Below are positions 38,005-47,028 of a stretch of 55,240 nt of DNA, in pieces. Origin of the DNA: Planctomycetota bacterium (GTDB taxonomy: Bacteria > Planctomycetota > B15-G4 > JADJEK01); the NCBI GenBank assembly GCA_044225365.1, contig JBGAIQ010000039.1, forward strand, positions 1 to 55,240, read 5' to 3'. Numbering within the stretch: the stretch's first letter is position 1; the number at the start of each line of letters is the position of its first letter. A model generated the notes under the pieces. It saw nothing but the letters and a program-made list of their open reading frames with translations, did no database searches and was not told the DNA's origin. Made by a program: the position numbers and the translations under genes.

Positions 38005-39191
38005 GAATTCGCCTTCGGCAGGATGGTGATCAGGGACACTTCCGGCGGAACGAGGAAGCGGATTCGCGGGGCTTGCGTGCGCTCCATGCCCGCGCCGCGG
38101 CTCACATAGATCTTGTGTCCCTTGATGTCGAACAGTCCACCACCGCCGATGGGCCGTGGGAGACGGGTGAGCGTGATCGGGGCACCGATGAACGGAAAGG
38201 CGATCTGTCCTCCGTGGGTATGCCCCGCGACGAAGAGGTCGACGCGAACGGTCTCGCCGAACGCGCCGACGTCGTCGGGATGATGGGCGAACGCGATCCG
38301 CAACTCAGGGCCGGAGGTAGGTTGTGCGCCGAGCGCAGCGACGGCGTCGTGCTCCGCCGTGACCGAGCCCATCGGATACAGCCCGCAGATCGCGAGCGGT
38401 ATGCCGTAACCATCGCGGCGCACTACATGGTTGTCGATGTGCTGGATGTGGGTCCCGGCGAACAGGCGCTCGAGGTACTTCGGGGGATCGACATCGCCCG
38501 TCACGAAGTAGACCCCGAGCGGTGCGTCGAGCCGCTGGAGGATGGCGTTGTACTCGGCGACGGCTTCGTCGAATTCGGAGTCGAGACCGTGAAAGAGATC
38601 GCCCGGCATCAGGATGATGTCGGGATGTTGGTCCATCAGGACATCGATGACGTGATGTTCGTACGGCGTGATGCGGTCGGTCTGGAAATCGGCGAGCACC
38701 GCGATCTTGATCGGTTTGTCCGGCGCGTTCGCGACCCGGACCTCGGACTTCTCCACCCGCAGGTCGAACGGACAATAGAAGCGGGCATAAGCGGCGCACG
38801 GCCACACGAAGAGACCGACGAGGAGCGGGATCCACGCCGCCGCCGTGATCGTCCTCCCCTGCATCCGTTGGCGTAGCGCGAGCCAGGCGACGGGCGCCAC
38901 CGCGAAGTTGAGATGGCACCAGACCGTGAAGATGATCCCGAAGGCGGAGAACCACAGGACCGTCGCCAGGATCGGCAGTTTGATGATCAGCGACAGGAAA
39001 CCGGCGACAGCACCGAACACGACACGGCGAAAGTCGATCGGTTCGTCAGCGCGCCTCAGCACGATCTTCCCGATGACGAACGCGTCGATCAGGGTCGAGG
39101 CGAGCATCACCGACGAGTAGAGCGCCGGTGAGTACACGCCTCGTAACCCGAAGAACGGGACGAAGTCGTAGGGTTTGAGTCCGAAGATCAT
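38001..39191 (-). CDS. Membrane-anchored metallophosphoesterase (YkuE-like)
   Basis: N-terminal TM helices; ADFQ, PGDL, TGDVD, AHHPD, AGHTHGGQ, SRGAG. Confidence 0.88.
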   Translation of the reverse strand: MIFGLKPYDFVPFFGLRGVYSPALYSSVMLASTLIDAFVIGKIVLRRADEPIDFRRVVFGAVAGFLSLIIKLPILATVLWFSAFGIIFTVWCHLNFAVAPVAWLALRQRMQGRTITAAAWIPLLVGLFVWPCAAYARFYCPFDLRVEKSEVRVANAPDKPIKIAVLADFQTDRITPYEHHVIDVLMDQHPDIILMPGDLFHGLDSEFDEAVAEYNAILQRLDAPLGVYFVTGDVDPPKYLERLFAGTHIQHIDNHVVRRDGYGIPLAICGLYPMGSVTAEHDAVAALGAQPTSGPELRIAFAHHPDDVGAFGETVRVDLFVAGHTHGGQIAFPFIGAPITLTRLPRPIGGGGLFDIKGHKIYVSRGAGMERTQAPRIRFLVPPEVSLITILPKANS

Positions 39192-39230
39192 CCGAAGATC
39201 TGGCTTCGCGCCCGCCAGCGCGACGTGCCG

Positions 39231-39956
39231 TCAGTTCCCCGCCGGCTTGTCCTTCTTGTCCTTCTTCTTGTCACCCTTCGGCTTGTCGGCCTTCGCCGAC
39301 TTCGCGTAGTTGAGCTCCATCGTCTTCGTGCCCTTGCCGGTCGCATCGACGTCGTAGAACTCGATCGAATGCGACTCCGGCGACTTCACCGTGAGCACGT
39401 ACTTCATCTTCGCGACGCGACCGGGGCCCGGAACGTCACCGAACAACGTGATCACCGTGCCGTCCTTGTCGCAGTCGCCCTCCATGGTGGAGTGGAAGGT
39501 CGACATCGTATCGGCCCACGTCATCGTGAACTTGTTCTTCACGGTGTCGTAGCCGAGCAGGCCGTAACCCTGGAAATCCTGGCCGTCGAACTTCGACTTG
39601 AAGTTCTCCTGCAGGAATCGGCCGCCGAGGACCATCTTCTGCTTCGACGAGCCCGTGATCTCCGACGGCGCCTGTCCCGGAGCCATCCAGGCCTTACCCG
39701 TGACGTCGAAGTCTCCTTCGAACTTCGCGAGGACCTTGTGCTTCTCGCCCGGCTCCATCTTCTTCATCCACTCGGCCTGTACCGGGTCCATCGGTGTCGC
39801 CGGAGGCGCGGCCTTCTTGTCGTCCTTCGGCTTCTCGGGTGCGGTGGGTGCCGCGGGCTTACCCGCGGGGTCCTGCACGATGGCGATGGCCCCGAACGAC
39901 GAGGAACAAGCAAACGTAATGATGGACGCCAGGGCGATCGCGCGAGTTGGATTCAT
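39231..39956 (-). CDS. Exported DUF1579-family protein
   Basis: PGEKHKVL..FEG.F, VLGGRFL, FQGYGLLGYD..K.KF..TWADTM. Confidence 0.85.
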   Translation of the reverse strand: MNPTRAIALASIITFACSSSFGAIAIVQDPAGKPAAPTAPEKPKDDKKAAPPATPMDPVQAEWMKKMEPGEKHKVLAKFEGDFDVTGKAWMAPGQAPSEITGSSKQKMVLGGRFLQENFKSKFDGQDFQGYGLLGYDTVKNKFTMTWADTMSTFHSTMEGDCDKDGTVITLFGDVPGPGRVAKMKYVLTVKSPESHSIEFYDVDATGKGTKTMELNYAKSAKADKPKGDKKKDKKDKPAGN

Positions 39957-40083
39957 GAGCTTTCTCCGAATTGGTTCTTCATCTGCCGACCCTGCGCACT
40001 CACAGCGCCGGCTGCTGCCACGCTAAACGGCATGGCCGTTCGCGAGCAAGTGGATGCTTCGTCATCTCGGGAGGCAGTAGGCC

Positions 40084-41193
40084 TCACGTCTCGGGAGCCG
40101 AGAGCTTGATCGACACCTTCAGCTCGTCGCCGTCCCGCAGCAATTTCAGCTTCACGACATCGCCCGGCTTGTGACTCTCGAGCACCTTGTTCAGATCGTC
40201 GATCTTCTCGATCTTCTGCCCGTCGGCCTCCTGGATGATGTCGCCCGGCACGACGCGTCCCTTCCGATCGTACTCGATTCCGCGCACGCCCGCGCGATCC
40301 GCGCCGAGTCCCGGCTTCACACTGAGGACCATGAGGCCGGCGGTGCCGTAGCGGCGCATGACAGCCAGATTCTTCTGGTCGTTCAGGGTCTCGAATCCGA
40401 TCTCCGGCCGGATGATCTTCCCGAAGGCGATGAGCTCGGGGACGATCTGGTTGATCGTGTCGACGGGGACTGCGAACCCGATGCCCGCGCTTTGTCCCGC
40501 CGCGGAGTAGATCGCCGTGTTGATCCCGATGAGGCGACCACTGCTGTCGAGCAGAGGGCCGCCGGAATTGCCCGGATTGATCGCGGCGTCCGTCTGGATG
40601 ACGTCTTCGATGTCGCGTCCCGCGATGCTCTGGATCTTGCGGCCGAGCGCCGAGACGATTCCGGTCGTCAAGGTCTGGTCGAGCCCGAATGGGTTGCCGA
40701 TCGCGAGCACGGTCTGGCCCACTTCGAGGTCGTGGCTCGTGCCGATCGAGACCGGGTACAGCTGTTCGTCGCCGGCATCGATCTGCAGGACGGCGAGGTC
40801 GTGCGTCGGAGCCCATCCCACGAACTTGGCGTCGTAGGCCTTGTGGTCCGAGAGAGTGACGGTGATCGCATCCGCGTTGAGGATCACGTGCGAGTTCGTG
40901 ACGATGTGGCCGGCCTTGTCCCACACGAATCCGGAGCCTTGACCGCCGCGTTCTTCGTACGCGCGGCCGAAGAACGTCGTGCGCTCCTGCATCGACGTGA
41001 TGTACACGACCGATCGTGCGCATTCCTTGAAGAGTCGAATGGTCGCTTGCTCGTTCGGCTCGAGGGGTCCGCGCTTCGTCACCTCTCGCGGGGTCGAATC
41101 CGCGGGCAGCAGCGCGTCGAGGCGCGGGATCAGGTAGCCGCCGATCAGGAGGCCGATCGCAAGACTGGCGGAGAGCGCGGAGAATCGTGCCAC
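40084..41193 (-). CDS. S1C (HtrA/DegS-like) serine protease with one PDZ domain
   Basis: GSGFVWD, TNSHVI, IQTDAAINPGNSGGPL. Confidence 0.92.
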   Translation of the reverse strand: MARFSALSASLAIGLLIGGYLIPRLDALLPADSTPREVTKRGPLEPNEQATIRLFKECARSVVYITSMQERTTFFGRAYEERGGQGSGFVWDKAGHIVTNSHVILNADAITVTLSDHKAYDAKFVGWAPTHDLAVLQIDAGDEQLYPVSIGTSHDLEVGQTVLAIGNPFGLDQTLTTGIVSALGRKIQSIAGRDIEDVIQTDAAINPGNSGGPLLDSSGRLIGINTAIYSAAGQSAGIGFAVPVDTINQIVPELIAFGKIIRPEIGFETLNDQKNLAVMRRYGTAGLMVLSVKPGLGADRAGVRGIEYDRKGRVVPGDIIQEADGQKIEKIDDLNKVLESHKPGDVVKLKLLRDGDELKVSIKLSAPET

Positions 41194-41210
41194 GGTAGTT
41201 CCTCGGTCGA

Positions 41211-41330
41211 TCAGAACACGGCGTACAGGAAGGGGTCGAGCGCGGGCCCCTCGATCAGAGCCACCGCAATGAGTACGAGCACGACGACCGTCGCGATGGG
41301 CAAGAGCACGATCCGAGCGAAGTTCTTCAT
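41211..41330 (-). CDS. 39-aa membrane peptide, DUF5989/SxtK-like
   Basis: MKNFARIVLLPIATVVVLVLIAVALIEGPALDPFLYAVF; AAGGAGG 12 nt upstream; C-terminal PFLYxxF. Confidence 0.75.
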   Translation of the reverse strand: MKNFARIVLLPIATVVVLVLIAVALIEGPALDPFLYAVF

Positions 41331-41358
41331 GAAGTCTTCCATCCTCCTTGCTTCGGGG

Positions 41359-43074
41359 TCAGAACCAGTGGAAGACATCGCACGCGAATGCGAAACGGAT
41401 GATGTCGGCATCGGACTCGAGCTTCGCTTGCCCGCGAATTCCCGGTTGTCCCGCGTACTTGTTCTTCAGTTTCAGGAAGTAACTCCGCACGTCGTCCATC
41501 TTGCCGAGTTTCGTGAGAGCCCAACCGTAGTAGAGCTGCGCGATGACGTCGTCCTTCAGATCGTCTCCGGATACGGCCTTCGCGCACTTCAGCGCATCGT
41601 CGTACTTGCCGGCGTTGATCGCGCGCACCATCTTATTGGCGAGTGGCGCTTCGAACTTGGCGCTCGCGCCGAGTACGAGTTGATCCGTCCGGTCGAGCCG
41701 CGGGTCGGTGAGCGGCGGAAGGTCCTTCGAGAAGAACCGGCTTTGGATCGTCTCGTACACGCCTCTCGCGATGACGCGGTTCGTCTTGGGCATGGGATGC
41801 ACCGAGTCCGTGAACTCGGTGTAGCCGGGCACGCCATCCTCGGCGATCGCGACGACTCCCTCGAACGGATCGACGAGCGGGAATCCTTCCTTGTCCGTGA
41901 CGGCCTTGATCTCCGCACGCATCGGATGCTGGAGATACGGCTTCGAGTATTCGGCGAGCGCTGCCGCCTTGTCTCCCAGTCGTTCGTGACACTCACCGAT
42001 GTAGTAAGCGAGGATGTCGTCGTCGTCGTGCACGTACAACTCGCGTACGCGCTGGAAGCCTTGAATCGCTTCCGCGAAACGACCCTGTTTCTTGGCTTCG
42101 AGCGCATTGTCATAGCGGCGCTTCCATTCGTCGACTTGCCCGCCCTGGATCTCCGCCGGCGTGACGTGGAATTTCAAATAGAACGACGCTCGCAGATTCC
42201 GCAGCGGCATGACGACCACGAACGGGACGCCGCGCTCCTTCGCGAGGTTTCCCATCGTCGCGAGGTTCTTCTGGAACCGAGCCTGTGCGACGTCGATCTC
42301 GGTCTTCGGGATCGGCGAGTCCATGAGCACGGGCGCGCGGTCGACCTTGAACTCGAGGTAGCGCGTGAAGAGATCGGGCTGGAACGGGGAGAGGACGATC
42401 GCGGCGACGAACGCCGAGAACGCCGAACTCTGGGCCTGGCCTTCCTTGCCGTGCGCGAGGCAGCGTTGATAGAGATCGCGGAGGCCCTGATAGAGCCGCA
42501 GACGGGCAAGCGTTCGCCGGGCGAGGACGCGCAGCGGGCTCGCGTCGTCCTCCTTCGCGAGAATGCCCTGCGGCTGGGGCGGCACCATGTTCTTCTCGCC
42601 GCCCTCGGGCATCAGAACGATGAGGTCGGGGCCGTAATCGAGGACTTCGCGCAGCACCTCGAGGTTCTGGATCGAACCCATTCCGCCGCCGCCACAATTC
42701 AAGACCGTGATCTTCCGCGACGGCATCGCGGTGCGCAGGTATTGCCAGAGCATGAATGGGAACGTGCCGTCTTCGGTGAAGGCATCGGATCGCACTCCCG
42801 AACCACCGATGCAGAAGACTCGGAACTCGTTGTCCGCTTTCTTCCGCCCGAACTTCTGGGTGCGGTACATCCCCTGCTTGTTCTTCGCGACCTCGTAGAT
42901 CTCGGCGCCGTCGCTGCCGACCGTCGGTTGATAGAGCGGGTTGGTGCCCGGGAAACCGAGGTACGGATCAGGCCGCGTGCTCGGATCGAGGAAGCCACGG
43001 TTTCTCGCGACGACCTCGAATCCAACGACGAAGAGCAGCGCGATCACGATCGAGCGAAGTAGAGACATCATCAT
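41359..43074 (-). CDS. Membrane-anchored SGNH/GDSL-like protein with TPR-like segments
   Basis: N-terminal TM helix; FRVFCIGGS (block I), NCGGGG (block II), FTDSVHP (DxxH, block V). Confidence 0.8.
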   Translation of the reverse strand: MMMSLLRSIVIALLFVVGFEVVARNRGFLDPSTRPDPYLGFPGTNPLYQPTVGSDGAEIYEVAKNKQGMYRTQKFGRKKADNEFRVFCIGGSGVRSDAFTEDGTFPFMLWQYLRTAMPSRKITVLNCGGGGMGSIQNLEVLREVLDYGPDLIVLMPEGGEKNMVPPQPQGILAKEDDASPLRVLARRTLARLRLYQGLRDLYQRCLAHGKEGQAQSSAFSAFVAAIVLSPFQPDLFTRYLEFKVDRAPVLMDSPIPKTEIDVAQARFQKNLATMGNLAKERGVPFVVVMPLRNLRASFYLKFHVTPAEIQGGQVDEWKRRYDNALEAKKQGRFAEAIQGFQRVRELYVHDDDDILAYYIGECHERLGDKAAALAEYSKPYLQHPMRAEIKAVTDKEGFPLVDPFEGVVAIAEDGVPGYTEFTDSVHPMPKTNRVIARGVYETIQSRFFSKDLPPLTDPRLDRTDQLVLGASAKFEAPLANKMVRAINAGKYDDALKCAKAVSGDDLKDDVIAQLYYGWALTKLGKMDDVRSYFLKLKNKYAGQPGIRGQAKLESDADIIRFAFACDVFHWF

Positions 43075-43147
43075 CCATCACCGATCGGTCGAGTATAACG
43101 GGCTTCTTCTGCGCCGCGCGAAAACGCATTCTTGGCGACGAATCCGA

Positions 43148-44590
43148 ATGAAGCCGATCCACTCCACAGCGACCCTCGTTCTTTCGTGTCTCGTCATCGC
43201 GTTCACGGGGGCCTGCGCGGTGCAAGCCCCGAAGCAAGACGAGCGACCGCTGCTCACGTGGCGCATCGAGTATCGACATCGGCTCGCTCCCGACAAGACG
43301 AGCGAGGACTTCGTTCTCGACCGAGTCGTCGAAGAGGGCCCGTGGTGCGGACCGGATCCACGTCATTTCGCAGAGGACGATCTCGGACTCTACCGTTGTG
43401 AACTTGTCGAGAAGGGCACCGGCAGAGTGTTCTTCGCGGCTGGCTTCTGCTCGGTGTTCGGTGAATGGCGCACGACCGACGACGCCAAGGCGCATCCCGA
43501 GCGAGCTTTCGAAGAGTCGCTGCGCGTGCCGTCGCCGACCGCTCCTTGCGATGTGCGGATCCTAAAGCGAGACGCCATGAATCGCTTCGCGCCCATCTTC
43601 ACGGGGGAGTTGCCCGGTCCCATCGAAACCGCGAAGGATTGCGATCCGAACGACCTGCGCGAGCTCGGTCCCATTTCGGATCCACGCACGCAGGTGGACC
43701 TGCTCTTCCTCGGCGATGGGTATACCGAAGCCGATCGCGCCAAGTTCTTCGCCGATGCGACTCGCTTGTCGGAGTCGCTTCTTTCGCGCGAGCCCTATCG
43801 CGCGCAGCGCTTGAAGTTCAACGTGCGTGCGTTGTTCACACCGGGCGCCGTCCCCGGAATCGCGAACCCCGACGCCAAGGTCGAACACGACTCGGCGCTC
43901 GGCTGCCGCTTCTCCACCTTCGGGCTTCCCCGCTACGTCCTCACGCTCGAGGATCGAAAGTGGCGCGCCGCGACCGGTCGCGTTCCCTACGACGCCGTCA
44001 TCATGCTCGTGAATTCTCGAGACTATGGCGGGGGCGGGATCTTCAACACCTATTGCATCGCGACGGCCGACAATCCCGCCTCGCCCTACCTCGTTGCCCA
44101 CGAATTCGGGCATTCGTTCTCAGGGCTCGGAGACGAGTACTACACCTCGCCGGTCGCATACCGGGATTTCGCGTCGAAGACCGTCGAGCCATGGGAACCG
44201 AACATCACGGCCCTCCTCGACCCTGCGGCGCTCAAATGGAAAGATGCCGTCGCAGCGGGCACCGATCTGCCCACTCCGTGGGCGAAGGCCGAGTTCGACA
44301 CCTTGAGCAAGACCATCGAAGCCCTGAAGAGTTCGCTCGACGCGGAAGTCGCGGCGGGAAGAAAGACGTCATCCGAGGCCGCCGCCATCGTGGAAGACTC
44401 GCGTCGCGCTGCAATGCGACGCATCTTCGATTCCCCGGAGCGAATCGGCGCCTACGAGGGGGCGCTCTACGAGTCGCACGGCCTGTATCGCCCCGCGGTC
44501 GACTGCATCATGTTTCGACGGGACTGCGATCGGTATTGCCAGGTCTGCTCGCGCTCGGTCGCACGGCGCATCGCCAATCTGACTTCGTGA
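43148..44590 (+). CDS. M64 (IgA peptidase-like) metallopeptidase, lipoprotein
   Basis: FTGAC lipobox; LGDGYT, YGGGGIFN, AHEFGHSFSGLGDEY, YRPAVDCIM, CQVC. Confidence 0.9.
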   Translation: MKPIHSTATLVLSCLVIAFTGACAVQAPKQDERPLLTWRIEYRHRLAPDKTSEDFVLDRVVEEGPWCGPDPRHFAEDDLGLYRCELVEKGTGRVFFAAGFCSVFGEWRTTDDAKAHPERAFEESLRVPSPTAPCDVRILKRDAMNRFAPIFTGELPGPIETAKDCDPNDLRELGPISDPRTQVDLLFLGDGYTEADRAKFFADATRLSESLLSREPYRAQRLKFNVRALFTPGAVPGIANPDAKVEHDSALGCRFSTFGLPRYVLTLEDRKWRAATGRVPYDAVIMLVNSRDYGGGGIFNTYCIATADNPASPYLVAHEFGHSFSGLGDEYYTSPVAYRDFASKTVEPWEPNITALLDPAALKWKDAVAAGTDLPTPWAKAEFDTLSKTIEALKSSLDAEVAAGRKTSSEAAAIVEDSRRAAMRRIFDSPERIGAYEGALYESHGLYRPAVDCIMFRRDCDRYCQVCSRSVARRIANLTS

Positions 44591-44750
44591 GGCGGTCGAC
44601 GGCCGCGGAAGGCTCCGGCTCGATTCGAGAGTCGAGCTGTATCTTTTTGGAACACTTTTCTGACTCGGTCGGTGGTCCAACCCCCAGATGATCGCCTAAT
44701 ACATTCAGCAAGAGCGACTTGCGAAATTACTCCCAATCGGCCTAGGGGTT

Positions 44751-45025
44751 GCTTGCTTCCCGGTGCTCCCGTTCGAGCCTGAAGAAGGCAAGTTTCTTGG
44801 TCGCACGTCCTCCCATTCCCCTAGATCCCCACGATGCGTCACTCCCCGTGGCGTACTCGTCTCCTGACCTCGTGCGGCCAGGCAATTCGTTCGGGAGCAA
44901 GCGAAGTCTGCTTCTCTCCCCCTTCTCCCTTTTCCCGGTTCCGCGCTGCCCGGCGCGGTAGTTCACTGCTCAGAAGCGGCTTCGTCGGAGCCCGACTCGC
45001 GCCGAGTCGGGCTCCACTTTTTTTT
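44751..45025 (+). ncRNA. Candidate structured ncRNA with C/U-rich loops
   Basis: Nested stems 44764-71/44892-99, 44796-807/44871-82, 44831-42/44848-60, plus 44941-47/44952-58; mismatches are G-U on the + strand; ends in an intrinsic terminator; lies between convergent genes. Confidence 0.6.
44987..45025 (+). terminator. Rho-independent terminator
   Basis: GGAGCCCGACTCG-CGC-CGAGTCGGGCTCC (13-bp perfect stem) followed by AC-T8. Confidence 0.9.
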
Positions 45026-45051
45026 CACGACGGGTCGGCGCGAGAGCGCCG

Positions 45052-46209
45052 TCAGGACTTCTTCGAGAGCGATCGGTCGAGCGCCATCACCGAGAACGCC
45101 GTCCCCCACGTCTTCGAGAGGTCCGCGACGTAGAAGTCCCAGAACGAACCGTCGTCCTGCTGGCACTTCATCAGGTGGTATCGCAGCTTGGAGAACTCCT
45201 CCGAGCGCTTCGGCTCGGCAAGCCGGTCGATCGTGAACGCCGCGTAGTAGTGGCCGAACAGGTAGAAGTAGGCCGCGTTCTGATAGTAGGCCTCGTGCGG
45301 GATCGGTTTGTTGGTCGCGACGTCGAGGAATTTGTGGTCCTCGAAGAACGCGTCGACTCCCCTCTCCAGCGCACCTTCCTCGAGCGTGACTCCGGCGCGG
45401 AGCAGCGCGTAATTGCCCGCCTGGATCCGACCGAGCGAGCCCTTCACCTGATTGATCGTGCCGCCCGGCATCCGGCGCGGGTAAGCCGCGATGTCGTAGT
45501 CGTAGGCGCCATTCGGCAGCCGCGCCCGATCGAGCGCGTGGATCGCCACCGTCTTCATCTTGACGTCGACCGGCAGCTTCAGCGCATCCGCATCCAGGAT
45601 CGCGAGGATCGCCGCCGAAGTGGTGAACGACGTACCCCAATCGGGTCGCCATGCCGCGTCGGGATCGGCGTAGTAGCCCCATCCGCCGCGAGCTCCCTGG
45701 TACTCACGTAGACCGTCGAGATAGGTCTTCGCGGCCTCCATCAACTCGCCGCGCCGCGGACCGCCCGAGTACCGCGGGTCGTTGAGCGCCGCGCAAATCG
45801 TGGTGAGCCCGTAGATCAGGCCCCAGTTGTTGTCGATGTCCCATTGCGCGGGACGCAGGACCTTGGCGTTCTTCAAGACGTAGTCGAGCCCACGCTCCAC
45901 GGCCTTGTCGGCTTTCTCGCCATGGTCGAGCGTGAGGATCGCCTGCGTCGCGAGGGCCGAAGCGCCGAGCTGCCAGCACGAGTAGGTCGCGGGATTCGCG
46001 AAGTACGAATTGAAGGCGATGTTCCGAATCGCGCCGAACGAACCGTTCTCGTTCTGAACGGAGTAGAGGAAGGCGAGGCCCTTCGCGATCGATTGCTTCA
46101 CCGCGTCGGTCGAGACATCGAGCGATGCCGTCGTCGCCGGCTTCTGCGGTGCTGCGTCGTCCGTGGGCGGGAGCGCGAGCGCTCCAAGGAGGACGACTCC
46201 TCCGATCAT
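45052..46209 (-). CDS. Exported prenyltransferase/squalene-oxidase repeat (alpha/alpha toroid) protein
   Basis: QNENGSFG, YQGARGGWGYY, LPNGAYDY, QQDDGSFWD repeats; ATGA overlap with the upstream gene. Confidence 0.78.
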   Translation of the reverse strand: MIGGVVLLGALALPPTDDAAPQKPATTASLDVSTDAVKQSIAKGLAFLYSVQNENGSFGAIRNIAFNSYFANPATYSCWQLGASALATQAILTLDHGEKADKAVERGLDYVLKNAKVLRPAQWDIDNNWGLIYGLTTICAALNDPRYSGGPRRGELMEAAKTYLDGLREYQGARGGWGYYADPDAAWRPDWGTSFTTSAAILAILDADALKLPVDVKMKTVAIHALDRARLPNGAYDYDIAAYPRRMPGGTINQVKGSLGRIQAGNYALLRAGVTLEEGALERGVDAFFEDHKFLDVATNKPIPHEAYYQNAAYFYLFGHYYAAFTIDRLAEPKRSEEFSKLRYHLMKCQQDDGSFWDFYVADLSKTWGTAFSVMALDRSLSKKS

Positions 46210-46907
46210 GACTTGACCCCGGCCGCCGCCGCGGCGAGGTCCGTCTCCGCCTTCGCCACCTCCGATTCGGCGCTGAGGACGCGAACTTCGCGATCGATCC
46301 GATCGTTCTGCAGGGCCGCGCGAGACTTCTGGAGGTCGGCTTCCTTGCGCGCGACGTCGAGTTCGAGCTTCGCCTGTTCGCGAGGCAGGTCGTGCTTCGT
46401 CGTCACTTCCATGTTCTTCTTCGCGATCTCGAGCTGCTTCGCGGCGCGTTCGGCGTTGCGGCGTCCGCGGCTCACGACGAACTCCTTCGTCCGATCGTCG
46501 AGTTTCTGGCCCTCGTACATCGCCTCGATCTGCGAGAGCTCGTCGGCGTTCTCCTGGGCCGCATCGCTCATTCGCTGGACATCGAGTTCGGCCTGCGCGA
46601 GCTTGTTCGGGAGTTCCAAAGTCTTGAACGTCTCGAGCTTCTCCTTCGCCATCGCAAGGTCCTTCTCGGCGAAGGCGAGTTCCTTCTCCTTCGCGGCGAT
46701 ATCGACCTCCATCGCCATCTTGGCCTGTTCGAGATGGCGCTTCGCGATCTCGAGCGCGATCTCGAGCGGACGCTTCTTCGCGTTGTCGGCCGTCGCTTGA
46801 ACGGTTGCGGGCGCGGACTGCACTTCGGCTCGAGTGCTTCGAACACTCGTTCCGCTGCATCCCGTGGCGACGATGGCGAACAACAACGCGGTGGACTGGA
46901 AACGCAT
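46206..46907 (-). CDS. Coiled-coil lipoprotein
   Basis: VATGC lipobox; continuous heptad-rich helical sequence. Confidence 0.75.
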   Translation of the reverse strand: MRFQSTALLFAIVATGCSGTSVRSTRAEVQSAPATVQATADNAKKRPLEIALEIAKRHLEQAKMAMEVDIAAKEKELAFAEKDLAMAKEKLETFKTLELPNKLAQAELDVQRMSDAAQENADELSQIEAMYEGQKLDDRTKEFVVSRGRRNAERAAKQLEIAKKNMEVTTKHDLPREQAKLELDVARKEADLQKSRAALQNDRIDREVRVLSAESEVAKAETDLAAAAAGVKS

Positions 46908-46990
46908 GGATCGAACCTCCCGAGGAATGCCGATGAGCAGCCGACGCCCTATTCCACGCCCCACGTCGCTAAACTGCAAGTCTGTGTTGC

Positions 46991-47028
46991 TTGTGCCACG
47001 TGCGAACTCTCTTTAGTTTGACGTAATG
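46991..47028 (+). promoter_or_regulatory. Candidate leaderless sigma70 promoter of the dynamin gene
   Basis: TTGTGC-N17-TAGTTT-N6-ATG(47026); no Shine-Dalgarno sequence. Confidence 0.5.

Noticed and set aside
44742-44966. Small ORFs (44749..44961 +, 44742..44966 -), or tRNA/tmRNA/SRP/RNase P
   Set aside because: The peptides look non-coding and lack an RBS; no cloverleaf or signature motifs of these RNAs. A CsrB-like GGA-rich RNA on the - strand is disfavoured by the wobble pairs and terminator orientation
46210-46860. N-terminal extension of the 602-aa ORF 45052..46860
   Set aside because: It overlaps the coiled-coil lipoprotein gene in another frame; the true start is likely the ATG at 46209
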